A stretch of 63,912 bases of DNA, counting the filler, from Reclinomonas americana ATCC 50394 (taxonomy: Eukaryota), in the NCBI GenBank assembly GCA_048213135.1. It is 5 parts of 2 records of this genome, joined end to end, with 100 filler letters (N's around TTAATTAATTAA, not from the genome) between each part and the next. Parts side by side here need not be neighbours in the genome. Positions count along the whole stretch, not along the records: positions 30,598 to 52,961 come from PS015059.1; positions 53,062 to 56,748 come from PS015059.1; positions 56,849 to 62,509 come from PS015059.1; 2 more parts are not named here. The stretch is one strand, 5' to 3'. Positions 46,783-58,679 of the stretch are shown piece by piece; positions within the stretch are counted from its first letter, which is position 1; every line of letters starts with the position of its first letter. A program made the position numbers and the translations under genes. The notes beneath the pieces are model-generated. The model did no database searches. It was not told the origin of the DNA and worked only from the letters and a program-made list of their open reading frames with translations.

Positions 46783-49700
46783 GTATCGCATCACCTCGTT
46801 GCTCACTGCCCCCCTGTGTGCAGGTACTTGCACGAGCTGAAACTGGACGAGGAGCTGATCTCGCTCGGCAATTTCGCGCGCTACGACCTCGATCGCAGCT
46901 CGTCGGTGTATGTCAGCGGGCAGACGCTCTCCAATCTGGAGGTGCTGGAGAATTCGAGTGACGGCGGCATGCGTGGCACGCTGTTGGAGCTGCTGGACCA
47001 CACCTCGTCGCCATTCGGCAAGCGCGCCTTCCGCCAGTGGCTGTGCCATCCGCTGCGCAGTGCGGCGGCCATCAATGAGCGCCTGGAGGCCGTGGAGGAT
47101 CTCGGCGGCCGCCACTCGGACCTGCTCTTCACCCTCACCGACAAGCTGAAGCACATTCCGGATTTGGAGCGTTTCGTGGCCCGCATTCACGCCTCCTCGC
47201 TGAAGCACAAAAAGTCGGCGGTGGTGTACGAGAACATGGAGAAGAAGAAGATGCAGATGTTTTTCGACACGGTGCGCGGCCTGGAGACGGCGCGCTCCAT
47301 GCTGGCCGCCGCGGCGGCGTTTGTGGCTGACTTCCAGTCGTCGCGCCTCACCGCGTTGCTGCAATCGGAGGCCGACGGTGGTATGTTCCCGGAGTTGGGC
47401 GAGCTCGTCGCCAAGTTCAGCACGTGCTACGACCGCGCGGCGTCAGAGAGGGATGGGTTTTTGGTGCCCGTCAAGGTCGGTTCTCGACAAGGGGAATGGG
47501 TTTTGGGGGAAAACGTGAAGAGACTGACGGCGTGATGCAGGGTTGTGAGGCCACGTACGACGAGGCGCTCGCCGCTGTCGAGGATGTGGAGCAGCAGCTC
47601 GAGAATTATTTGGTGAGCCAGCAGCGAAAGTTTGGATCGACGGCGATTGCGTACAAGCATGTGGGGAATAAGCGGTACCAGGTGGGTGACGGGAGGAAAG
47701 GGGGGATAAGGGTAAAGGGGGGAGGGAGGGAGGAAGAGAGCAGTCATGCTGTTGCGGAAGTGGTGGTTGAAGAAGTGGTATGAGCGTGTGAGAGAATGGG
47801 AGACATGGTGGTGAGATTGTTTGAGTTTATTCTTCTGCTGTGACGATGGAGAGAGTCCTTGTTGAGAGAGGGGGTGGCAACGGTCCATAGAAATGAGTGA
47901 GGAAGCAATCATGGTGTTGTATGAGCATGCAATGCTCTTGAGATTTGATGAAGAGGTTGACGAACAAGAATTGTGAAGGAGAGACAAAGAGGGAGAGAGA
48001 GAGACAGACAGAGAGAGAGAGAGAGAAGGAGAGACAATGATATAGAGAGAGACATGCTTTGACGTAAAACTAATGCAGAGAAACATGGAAAGAGATCGCA
48101 TTCGTCTTGTTGTTGAAGGTGATTCTGCTTCTCGGCTCAGAGAAAGTGGGAAAGAGGAGAAGCAACGACATGGAGAGAGAGGGGAGAGATGCAGCTGTCG
48201 ATTGTGATTCTGCATCTTTGCAGACAAAGAGTCAGAGAAAGATGGCCTTTCCTCACATCCCCTTCGCTCACCGATGCGTTCCTCGCAGCTCGAGATCCCC
48301 GAGAGCGTACTGAAGCGAGTGGCGGTGACGGCCGATTTCTCGTGCGTTTCCAACACCAAGGTTTGCTTCTCGACACAATATCTTGCTTCACCTGCTACTC
48401 ACTTGCCTTTACTCCTCTGTAGGATGTGCGTCGCTTCCACACTGCGCAGATCCTGCAGCTGGTGGAGCAGCTGGACGAGGCCATTGATCGGCGCGAGACC
48501 GAGCTGAAGGACTACATGCGGCGTGTGTTTGTGCAATTCGACGCGCACTTTGTGGTGGTTTCGGGCGCCATCAACTGCCTGGCGGAGATCGACTGCTTGT
48601 GCTCGCTGGCGCACGTGTCGCTGCAGTCGGGCCGTGGTTACGCTCGCCCCAAGGTGGTGGCGCGCGAGGGCGGTGAGTGTGGGCGACGGGAGAGGAAAAA
48701 TGGAGAGGTGAGACAGAAGCTGACACTCCTCGTTGATACAGATGCCACCAGTCCGTTCTTTGATGCGCGCGGAGCGTGGCACCCGTGTGCACACGCCTCC
48801 ATGGCCTCGGATTTCATCCCGAACGACATTACGCTGGGCACCAACAGCCGCGCCCCGGTGGTGCTGCTCACCGGACCCAACATGGGCGGCAAGAGCACGC
48901 TGCTCCGACAAGTTGCGCTGTGCAGAAGTTAGGATTTCCTCTCGCCGTCACTCAACAATGCACTCTGCAGGTGTGCGTCCTGACACTGATGGCGCAAGTC
49001 GGCTGCTTTGTGCCGGCCACGGAGTGCACCCTGACGCCCGTCGATCGCATTTTCACGCGCGTTGGAGCACACGATCGGTACGTTTACTCTTGCACTTGAA
49101 GCATCGGCTCCTGTGATCTCATCCCCTCGCAGCATCATGGCCGGGCAGAGCACCTTCATGATCGAGTTGCAGGAGACGTCGGATATTCTGCGACACGCTA
49201 CGCGCGACTCGCTGGTGATTCTCGACGAACTCGGTCGCGGAACCTCCACGTTTGATGGTGCGTTTGCGTGCCAAAGAGAATAGGAAATGAGAGATGTTGC
49301 GGCGGCAGCTGATCGTTGCTTCTCCTCCCATCAGGATACGCCATTGCGTACGCCGTGGTGCGGCACTTGGCGCAAAAGACGCGCTGCCGAACTCTCTTTG
49401 CCACTCACTATCACCTGCTGGTCGACGACATTCCCACCCTCGGCGACGGTGTGGATCTGTTCCACATGGCGTGCCATGTGGACGAGGGCCGCCACGAGGT
49501 GGTGTTCCTGTACAAGTACCGGGAGGGCGTGTGCCCGAAGAGCTACGGCCTCAATGTGGCACTGCTGGCCGGCATTCCGGCGTCGGTGGTGTCGCGCGCC
49601 GAGGCCATGTCGGCGGCGTTCGAGGAGGCCGTGTCGGTCAAGGCCTCGCTGAAGAGCAAGCCTGAGCTGTTTGCGGCCGCCACCCGCTCACTGTATCGCC

Positions 49701-49816
49701 AGCTGCTCGCCGAGGAGCGGGTGGTGACGGCGGTGACTGATGCGGCGCCACCACCGGCACTGGTGAAGTTGCAGAGGAGTGTGCGAGCTGGCATGAAGTT
49801 GCTGGGTGGGGTGTGA
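44143..49816 (+). CDS. MSH6: DNA mismatch repair protein MSH6 (MutS-alpha subunit)
   Basis: N-terminal PIP box [41 protein letters not shown] mismatch-binding motif, [25 protein letters not shown], Walker [49 protein letters not shown] at 49814-49816. Confidence 0.97.
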
Positions 49817-49934
49817 GGGGTGAAAATGAAAAAGAGGGAGTGTGTTGTTGAGAAGGGGAGAGGAGAAACGGCTGGACCACTGCAGAATGAGGAGACCTAG
49901 GTTGCAGCGAAATGGGAGAAACGAGGGACGAGAA

Positions 49935-50235
49935 ACTGTGGCTGCAACTGTATCAAAGCTGCGATGAGTGGGAGGGAGCTCGAACGATGAGACAGCAGCA
50001 GAGACGACGGGGGGGACTCCACGGTCACAAATGAAGCGAATGTGAGAGACGAATGAAAACGAGAGTGGTTGTTGAGGGAAGAGCAACTGTGTCTGCAACT
50101 CTATCAAAGTTGCGATGAGTGGGAGCTCGACTGAGGAGCTGGCAGAGACGATGATATCGGGGCGAAACCACTGGCACAAATGAAGCGAAATGAAGAGACG
50201 AATGAAAACGGGAGTGGTTGTTACGGAGAGCGATG
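49935..50235. repeat. ~150-bp degenerate tandem duplication downstream of MSH6
   Basis: CTGCAACT.TATCAAAG.TGCGATGAGTGGGAG and CACAAATGAAGCGAA...GAGACGAATGAAAACG.GAGTGGTTGTT each occur twice. Confidence 0.8.
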
Positions 50236-50412
50236 TTGCACCTCCGGCGCTCGTAAAACTGCAGGGAACTGGGAGAGCTCATAAAGCGCAGTGACGACCG
50301 TGAAAGGTGAGACTCCAGCAGCGACAATAGAAGATGGAGAGCACAGAGACGGCCGAACGACCACGGAGAGAGAGAGAGAGAGAGCTCGGATAAACATGGG
50401 AGTGCACCCTGT

Positions 50413-52497
50413 TTACTTTCCGGGTTCCTGCTTGTTGAGGATCACCAACTCATCTTTCATGGTCGCCACTCGCTCCAGCGCCTGTCGTCAAGCAGTCAAA
50501 ACAGGGGGCCACCCACACTGTAGACAACACAGCGCACTCACCAACTTGAGCAACCGCAGTGCGGCCTTCTTGTCGTTCCAGATGGCCGGCGTCGTGTTGC
50601 GCGACAACAAAATAATGTCCTTGCGCGGCAGGGTCTTGGACTCCTCCCGACTCAGTCGCTCGCGGATGCTCTCCGCCCATTTCGTCACAATGGCTTCATC
50701 TGTGCGATGTGGCGAGGGTGGGCAAAAGGGGGATGATAGGAGTCCGAAGGCGAATGGAGAAGAGTGCCCACTCTGAAGGGAGAACAAGAAAACAGGGCAA
50801 CCCACATGGTGACTTTTGGACGGGAAGGGGATGAACCCAAGAAGACGTCGTACTGCAATGAGAGGGATGAATCCAGGGGGAAGGAATAGAAATAATCGAA
50901 TCCACAGTGAGACTCTTTGCAGGAGCCAAAAGGGCGACACTCTGAGGTGAGATAGGACGAATCCAGAGGGAATCGCTCTGAGTGGAGAGGAATAGGCACA
51001 CAGAAAGACAAAGCGAAACCTGCTTCTTTCTATTTTTCCTCCCCGTCTCTCCGTGCAAAGCGAGAAATGCAAACATGAAAGACGAAATAGATGTGCAAGA
51101 AACTCCTCATCGTTGAAAAAATAAATCCCCTCTCCTGTTCCTTCCTACCTTCCTCCCTCCCTCCCGCCCCCCCCCCCCCCCCCCCGCCCGCGCACACGCG
51201 TACGCGCGCNNNNNNNNNNNNNNNNNNNNNNNNNNNNNNNNNNNNNNNNNNNNNNNNNNNNNNNNNNNNNNNNNNNNNNNNNNNNNNNNNNNNNNNNNNN
51301 NNNNNNNNNNNNNNNNNNNNNNNNNNNNNNNNNNNNNNNNNNNNNNNNNNNNNNNNNNNNNNNNNNNNNNNNNNNNNNNNNNNNNNNNNNNNNNNNNNNN
51401 NNNNNNNNNNNNNNNNNNNNNNNNNNNNNNNNNNNNNNNNNNNNNNNNNNNNNNNNNNNNNNNNNNNNNNNNNNNNNNNNNNNNNNNNNNNNNNNNNNNN
51501 NNNNNNNNNNNNNNNNNNNNNNNNNNNNNNNNNNNNNNNNNNNNNNNNNNNNNNNNNNNNNNNNNNNNNNNNNNNNNNNNNNNNNNNNNNNNNNNNNNNN
51601 NNNNNNNNNNNNNNNNNNNNNNNNNNNNNNNNNNNNNNNNNNNNNNNNNNNNNNNNNNNNNNNNNNNNNNNNNNNNNNNNNNNNNNNNNNNNNNNNNNNN
51701 NNNNNNNNNNNNNNNNNNNNNNNNNNNNNNNNNNNNNNNNNNNNNNNNNNNNNNNNNNNNNNNNNNNNNNNNNNNNNNNNNNNNNNNNNNNNNNNNNNNN
51801 NNNNNNNNNNNNNNNNNNNNNNNNNNNNNNNNNNNNNNNNNNNNNNNNNNNNNNNNNNNNNNNNNNNNNNNNNNNNNNNNNNNNNNNNNNNNNNNNNNNN
51901 NNNNNNNNNNNNNNNNNNNNNNNNNNNNNNNNNNNNNNNNNNNNNNNNNNNNNNNNNNNNNNNNNNNNNNNNNNNNNNNNNNNNNNNNNNNNNNNNNNNN
52001 NNNNNNNNNNNNNNNNNNNNNNNNNNNNNNNNNNNNNNNNNNNNNNNNNNNNNNNNNNNNNNNNNNNNNNNNNNNNNNNNNNNNNNNNNNNNNNNNNNNN
52101 NNNNNNNNACGTAAAAAATAAACGTACCCTTCCTCCTCGTTCCTTCCTTACCCGTTCCCTTCCCTCCCTCCCGCCCTCCCCACCCCCCCCCCCCCCCCCC
52201 CTCCCCCTTTAACACCCGCAACGCACGTTCGGGTGACAAGGCGGCCGCCGCCTTCTTGGAGCGCTTGTGTGCCGGCTCCTCCCCATCGCCCATCGCCGCC
52301 GCCGCGGCTGTGGCTGCCGTCGGTCCACCGTCTGCGTCCTCCCGTTCGCGCTTTCTGCCGCGCTTCCGCGGTCCACCACTGGCGGCCGCCTCGCCCTCTT
52401 TCTGCGACTCGTCGGCCATGGCCTCATCAGACTCCTCGTCCGAGCCTTCCTCGCCGCGTTGCTTCTTTTGGTATTTCTTCAGGGCTTTCTTCAGGGG
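50413..52497 (-). CDS. 3' fragment of a nuclear protein, possibly MCM3-like C-terminus
   Basis: PLKKALKKYQKKQRGEEGSDEESDE...PRKRGRKR (NLS-like)...LSPERALR, then a short helical terminal domain. The layout recalls the MCM3 tail, but no MCM core is in the window. Confidence 0.3.
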
Positions 52498-52837
52498 CTG
52501 TAGAGGGAAGGGGTGGGTGAGGGAGAACGAGGAGGAGGGCGGGAAAAGGAGACGGAAGGGAGGACTGAAAGCACGAGCAGGATGCACAAACAAGACAAAT
52601 GGTGGATTGAAGTGTGAAAGTGAGAGAAAAACAGTGAGACGGGAACAGAGAAACACACAGCAAAGGACGATTGAGCGAGAGACAGAGGAGAGAGAGTGGG
52701 GGAAAAGTGTGTGATTGAGAGAGAGAGAGAGAGAGTTAGAGAGAGAGAAACAGAGAGTAACAGAGAGAAACAGAGAGAAAGAGTGAGACACACACAGAGA
52801 GATAGAGAGACAGACATATATAGAGAGAGAGAGAGAG

Positions 52838-52869
<32 letters not shown>

Positions 52870-52883
52870 AGATAGAGACAGAC

Positions 52884-52961
<78 letters not shown>

Positions 52962-53714
52962 NNNNNNNNNNNNNNNNNNNNNNNNNNNNNNNNNNNNNNN
53001 NNNNNTTAATTAATTAANNNNNNNNNNNNNNNNNNNNNNNNNNNNNNNNNNNNNNNNNNNNAAGGGGAAAGGGGAAAGGGGAAAGGGGAAAGGGGAAAGG
53101 GGAAAGGGAAAGGGAAAGGGAAGGGGAAAGGGGAAGGAGAAAGGGGAATGGGAAAGGGGGAAAGCGGGAAAGGGGGAAGAGTGAAAGGGAAAGGACAAAG
53201 GTGAAGGGGGAAAGGGGAAGGGGGAGAGTGGCAGGGAGTGGAGAGAGTGCAAGGGAGTGGGGGAGGCTGGAAGGGAGGGAGAGCGGGAGAGGAGATGTGC
53301 GAGCGAAAGAGTACACGAACAACGACGCACAGGAAGACACAAAAAGAACCAGAGAACAAGAGCGAGAGGAGGCGGGATGTCGAGTGGACAAAGCAGAGAG
53401 CCAGCAGAGTGCAGAGTGGGGAAGCAGAAAAATGAGCCAGAAGACAACGGAGAGGGAGAGCAGAGGTGGGTAGAGAATGCAGAAAGGAGAGGAGAGAGGA
53501 GAGAGACAAAGAGAGAGAGAGAGGGAGAGCGAGAAAGAAAGAAAGAGAGAGAGACCGAAGAGAAAGAGAGGACACAACCGAAGAGAAAAAATGACATGCG
53601 GAGAAGAAACAGATCAGAAAAAGAAGAAGTAATCAAGTTGGAAGAGAGAGAGAGAGAATATGTGAAACCAAGAAGAAAAGTGGAGACACGGACTTTGATG
53701 CATGTGACTCACTC

Positions 53715-54917
53715 ATGAACACAAAGACTTCGATGGCCAGCGACGCGGTCTCCGGCAAGTCGCCACCGGCATTGGCCGACGATTCCAGCACAGAGCGGAT
53801 CACCGGCAGCACGCTATCGTACTCCTGCGATACCACGGTCAACAAGATGCCTGGTTTCCCATCCACACAAATCCACTCACGCAACTGCCACAATCGAAGC
53901 CGCCGACGCGCGGACGAGCACGCACAGCACGGCGACCATGAAACTCTGCGTCTCCTCGCTGGGACTCGTGCGATACAGCGCTGCGACACGACGCACAATC
54001 TCCGGCGCGTACTCTGGCAGGTACTTTTCCGCATGCTCGTCCTCCTCCAGCGCCCACATTTCTTGCATGGCGCTCAGCGTCACTTGCACGATGCTGTGCG
54101 CACAGAAAAAGAAACATGAGCTCGAAAAAACATCACCCTCTATTAACACTCTCGCTCCTCACCGCTCCTCCGGGTCCTGCACGCGATCGAGCAGCGCCGC
54201 CATCACTGGTCGGAAGTTCTTCTCTTGGAATTCGGGCTTCAGGCGCTCGCCGAGCTCATCCACAGCGCCCACGGCGGTGAGGCGCACGTGCGGGTCCGCG
54301 TCGCTGACCAGGCGCAACACCACGGGCAAGAGGTCGTCGACGCGACTGCCAATGGCGTCGGTCAGTCCCTCGGTGATTTGCACAATCAGCTGGGCGGCAA
54401 AGCTGCGCTTCTGCCATTCCTCCGACGAGCTCAACTCGGCAAAGATCTGCGGGAGTGCGCGGGCCAGTGGTTTCCCTGGGAGGGGGAAGGGGGGGAAGGG
54501 GAAAGAGAGATGGAGATGGGAAAGGAAGAGAGTAAGGGACATGTGAGTGGGAGAAGAAGAAGAAGAGAGTAAAAGTGACAAGAGAGAGAATGAGACGAGA
54601 CAGAGAAAAAGGGAGAGAGAGAGAAATGGACAATCGAGAGGGAGAAGAAGATGAAGAAAGAAAGAGAGAGAGAGAGAGAAGGAAAGAAGAAGAAAGAGTG
54701 AGAAGGAAACAGACAAAAGAGAGGGAAATAGACAAGAGAGAGAAATGGACAAGTGAGAGAAAGAGACAAGAGAGAGGAATTGACCAGCAACAAGAGAGAG
54801 AGAGAGAGAAGAAGAAGAAGAAGAAGAAGAGAGAGAGAAAGAGACAAGAGGGAGAAAGAGACAACCGAGAGAATGGACAAGTGAGAGAAAGAGACAAGAG
54901 AGAGGAATTGACCAGCA

Positions 54918-54953
<36 letters not shown>

Positions 54954-56644
54954 AGAAGAAGAGAGAGAGAAAGAGACAAGAGGGAGAAAGAGACAAGAGA
55001 GAAAAAGAGACGACATGTGAGAGGGAGAAGAAGAAAGAGAGAGGGAGAGAGTGGAAAGAAGAAGAAAGAGTGAGAGGGAAGGAGAAAGCACAATGAAAGA
55101 ATAGTGAGTGAGATAGTTGCATGCTGCAAAAAGAAGGAAGAAAACAGGAGTTGCAAGTGATGAAGGCGCACGTACCGAGACGGGAAGATGCAAGCGAGTC
55201 CCACGCTTGGATGCTGTAGACGAAGAGTCGGCGACCGTTGAGGGATTCTTCGGTGAGCTGCGCGGCAGGGAGCAAAAGGGGGAATTTTGGTGAGAGAGAG
55301 GAAGGGAGGAAGGGCAGGGAGAGAGCGTTAAAAATGACATACAGGCAGACAGTCAGACAGACACCGAAACACGCACAGCGACAGAGCCAGAGTGCGACAG
55401 AATGATTGTCAAACCCACCACACAGAATCAAAGAAACTGAGAGAGAGAGCCAAACCAACAGCCACAAACGCACACGCTCGACGAGAGAAAGAGACATAGA
55501 GTCAGGATGCTTAAGAGAACAAGGCTGACAAACGACAGAGGGTACAGAGACGGAACAGTGGAACAGAGAGAGAGAGAGAGGAGACTTAAACCCCAAATGC
55601 ACACGCTTATGGCGAGAGAAATAAAGAGACAAGAGTAAGCAAGAGAGAGAAAGCAAATGCATCCGAGAGCATAAGTGAACCCCCTTCCCCTTCTCCCCCA
55701 CACGCACCGTCAGCGCATTCCAGTTCCACACAAAATGTTCATCATCAACCGTCGTCGACCACCCGACCAGCGTCTGCAGGTAGCGCCCGACAAGTGCCTT
55801 GTCCTTGCGCAGCGCCTTGAACGAGTCCATCAGCTGCAGCAGCAGATCCGACGCCGAGGTGCGCGTGTTCGACTTGTCGTCGGACTCGCCCAGCTCGGCC
55901 CCGCTCATGATGGTGAGGCAGACCTCGGCCAGCGTCCCCGCGTGCTCTTTCAGCAGCTTGGCACATCGGCTCGTCAGCATGTCAAAGACCTCGATGAGGC
56001 CGCGTGTGCGCTTGGGGGTGGCGGCCTCGAAGCTGTCGCGTGTCACCGCAATGGCGAGAGGCAGCAGCGGCTCCAGAGCGCCGAGAGGGGCTTCGCGTTC
56101 GCTGAACTCGGCGAGCATTTGTACGGCGAGGACGGCGGCGAGGATGCGGATGTCGGGGACCGGATCTGGGATAAAGGGAAAGGGTACGGTGGGGAAGGGG
56201 GAGTAAAGGGAAAGGGGGAGGGGAGAAAGGGAAAGAGGGAGAGAGAGAGATAGTCAAAATGATAAGAATCTGGGTGTGACAGTGAGAAAGAGAGAGAGGG
56301 AGGCAGAGAAACAAAAGTTTCAAGGAGTAAAATGATGAAAATAGGGATGCCTGGCGAATGAGGAGTGAAGAGCAGAGACAGGCGGGAGAAGAAAGAGCTG
56401 TAGAGAGACGACAGTCGGAGTGACAACAAAGGACAGCAATTCCACAACAACAACAACTCGATGAACCAATAAGCATGTTGCTGATGTCAACAACAAAGGA
56501 CAGCCAAAACAGCAACCGCCACTACTCTGAGTGCTCTCGCATTGAAGAGAAAGCTATCGACCGGAATGACAGTCACGTGAGTGAGCGAGGGGTAGAAGGG
56601 GAGGAACCGCGTGCGAGAAAGAGACTGCGAAAGAAGAAGAATTT

Positions 56645-56722
<78 letters not shown>

Positions 56723-57636
56723 AGACGCGACGACGACGACGACGGAGGNNNNNNNNNNNNNNNNNNNNNNNNNNNNNNNNNNNNNNNNNNNNTTAATTAA
56801 TTAANNNNNNNNNNNNNNNNNNNNNNNNNNNNNNNNNNNNNNNNNNNNCTTCCTCTCTCTTCACTCTCACTCTCTCGCCCTCTCTTTCCCCTCCCTTCTC
56901 ATCGCTTCTCTCTCCTTCTCTTCTCTCCCTCCCTTCTCCCTACCTCACTTTCTTTCTCCTTCTTCTTCTCTTCCCCCTGCCCCCACTCACCCGTCGTAAT
57001 AATGCGCTTCAAAATATTGACCACTCCCGGCAGCATCTGTCGCAAATTGTGATCGATCATGGGCTCAAACACCGCCGTGAAGGCGGCGAGAGCGAACTCG
57101 CGCAGCATCACGTGCTCCGAGCAGATCGCGTGCACGAGCGTGCCCGTGAGCAGCGGCCATCCCGCGTCAGAGCTGCGCACCGCGTTGAGCATCTTCTCCA
57201 ACAAAACTCTCTTGAAGGACATGGGCGCAACTTGATGGCCGGACCCGCCACCTGTGCCACCAGCGTCGCCAGGAATTCGAGCGACGCGCGGTCACGCCAT
57301 GACGACTTGAAGTGCGCCATCAGCTTCTCTTTGACCATGCGCTGCGTCTCCTCCGACAGCTCCTCCCACACCTCTTCCGTCTCCTCGCGCAGTGTGCGCA
57401 ACATGCAGCGCAGGGTGTTGACTCGTCGGCGGGAGCGGTTTTCGGCGCCTTCTTCGGGGGCGCCCTCGCCGTCGGCCACCGTGTCGAGGTAGTCGCACAG
57501 GCCGCGGATCCAGGAGTCGGTCTAAGGAGGGGAAGGGTGAGAAAGGGGAAGGGGAATAAAGGGGAAGGAGGAAGGGGAAGGGTGAGGAATGGAGGGAGAG
57601 AGAGGCGAATGAGAGTGAGTGAGTGAGTGAGTGAGT

Positions 57637-57684
<48 letters not shown>

Positions 57685-58634
57685 AGACACAANNNNNNNN
57701 NNNNNNNNNNNNNNNNNNNNNNNNNNNNNNNNNNNNNNNNNNNNNNNNNNNNNNNNNNNNNNNNNNNNNNNNNNNNNNNNNNNNNNNNNNNNNNNNNNNN
57801 NNNNNNNNNNNNNNNNNNNNNNNNNNNNNNNNNNNNNNNNNNNNNNNNNNNNNNNNNNNNNNNNNNNNNNNNNNNNNNNNNNNNNNNNNNNNNNNNNNNN
57901 NNNNNNNNNNNNNNNNNNNNNNNNNNNNNNNNNNNNNNNNNNNNNNNNNNNNNNNNNNNNNNNNNNNNNNNNNNNNNNNNNNNNNNNNNNNNNNNNNNNN
58001 NNNNNNNNNNNNNNNNNNNNNNNNNNNNNNNNNNNNNNNNNNNNNNNNNNNNNNNNNNNNNNNNNNNNNNNNNNNNNNNNNNNNNNNNNNNNNNNNNNNN
58101 NNNNNNNNNNNNNNNNNNNNNNNNNNNNNNNNNNNNNNNNNNNNNNNNNNNNNNNNNNNNNNNNNNNNNNNNNNNNNNNNNNNNNNNNNNNNNNNNNNNN
58201 NNNNNNNNNNNNNNNNNNNNNNNNNNNNNNNNNNNNNNNNNNNNNNNNNNNNNNNNNNNNNNNNNNNNNNNNNNNNNNNNNNNNNNNNNNNNNNNNNNNN
58301 NNNNNNNNNNNNNNNNNNNNNNNNNNNNNNNNNNNNNNNNNNNNNNNNNNNNNNNNNNNNNNNNNNNNNNNNNNNNNNNNNNNNNNNNNNNNNNNNNNNN
58401 NNNNNNNNNNNNNNNNNNNNNNNNNNNNNNNNNNNNNNNNNNNNNNNNNNNNNNNNNNNNNNNNNNNNNNNNNNNNNNNNNNNNNNNNNNNNNNNNNNNN
58501 NNNNNNNNNNNNNNNNNNNNNNNNNNNNNNNNNNNNNNNNNNNNNNNNNNNNNNNNNNNNNNNNNNNNNNNNNNNNNNNNNNNNNNNNNNNNNNNNNNNN
58601 NNNNNNNNNNNNNNNNNNNNNNNNNNNNNNNNNN

Positions 58635-58679
<45 letters not shown>

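Noticed and set aside
44143-49816. Possible stop-codon reassignment
   Set aside because: In-frame stops in MSH6, XPR1 and TRF4 fall in predictable introns, and TGA and TAA terminate genes normally.
57173-57231. Apparent frameshift in the importin ORF
   Set aside because: Resolved by a 59-nt GTTGCG...CAG intron.
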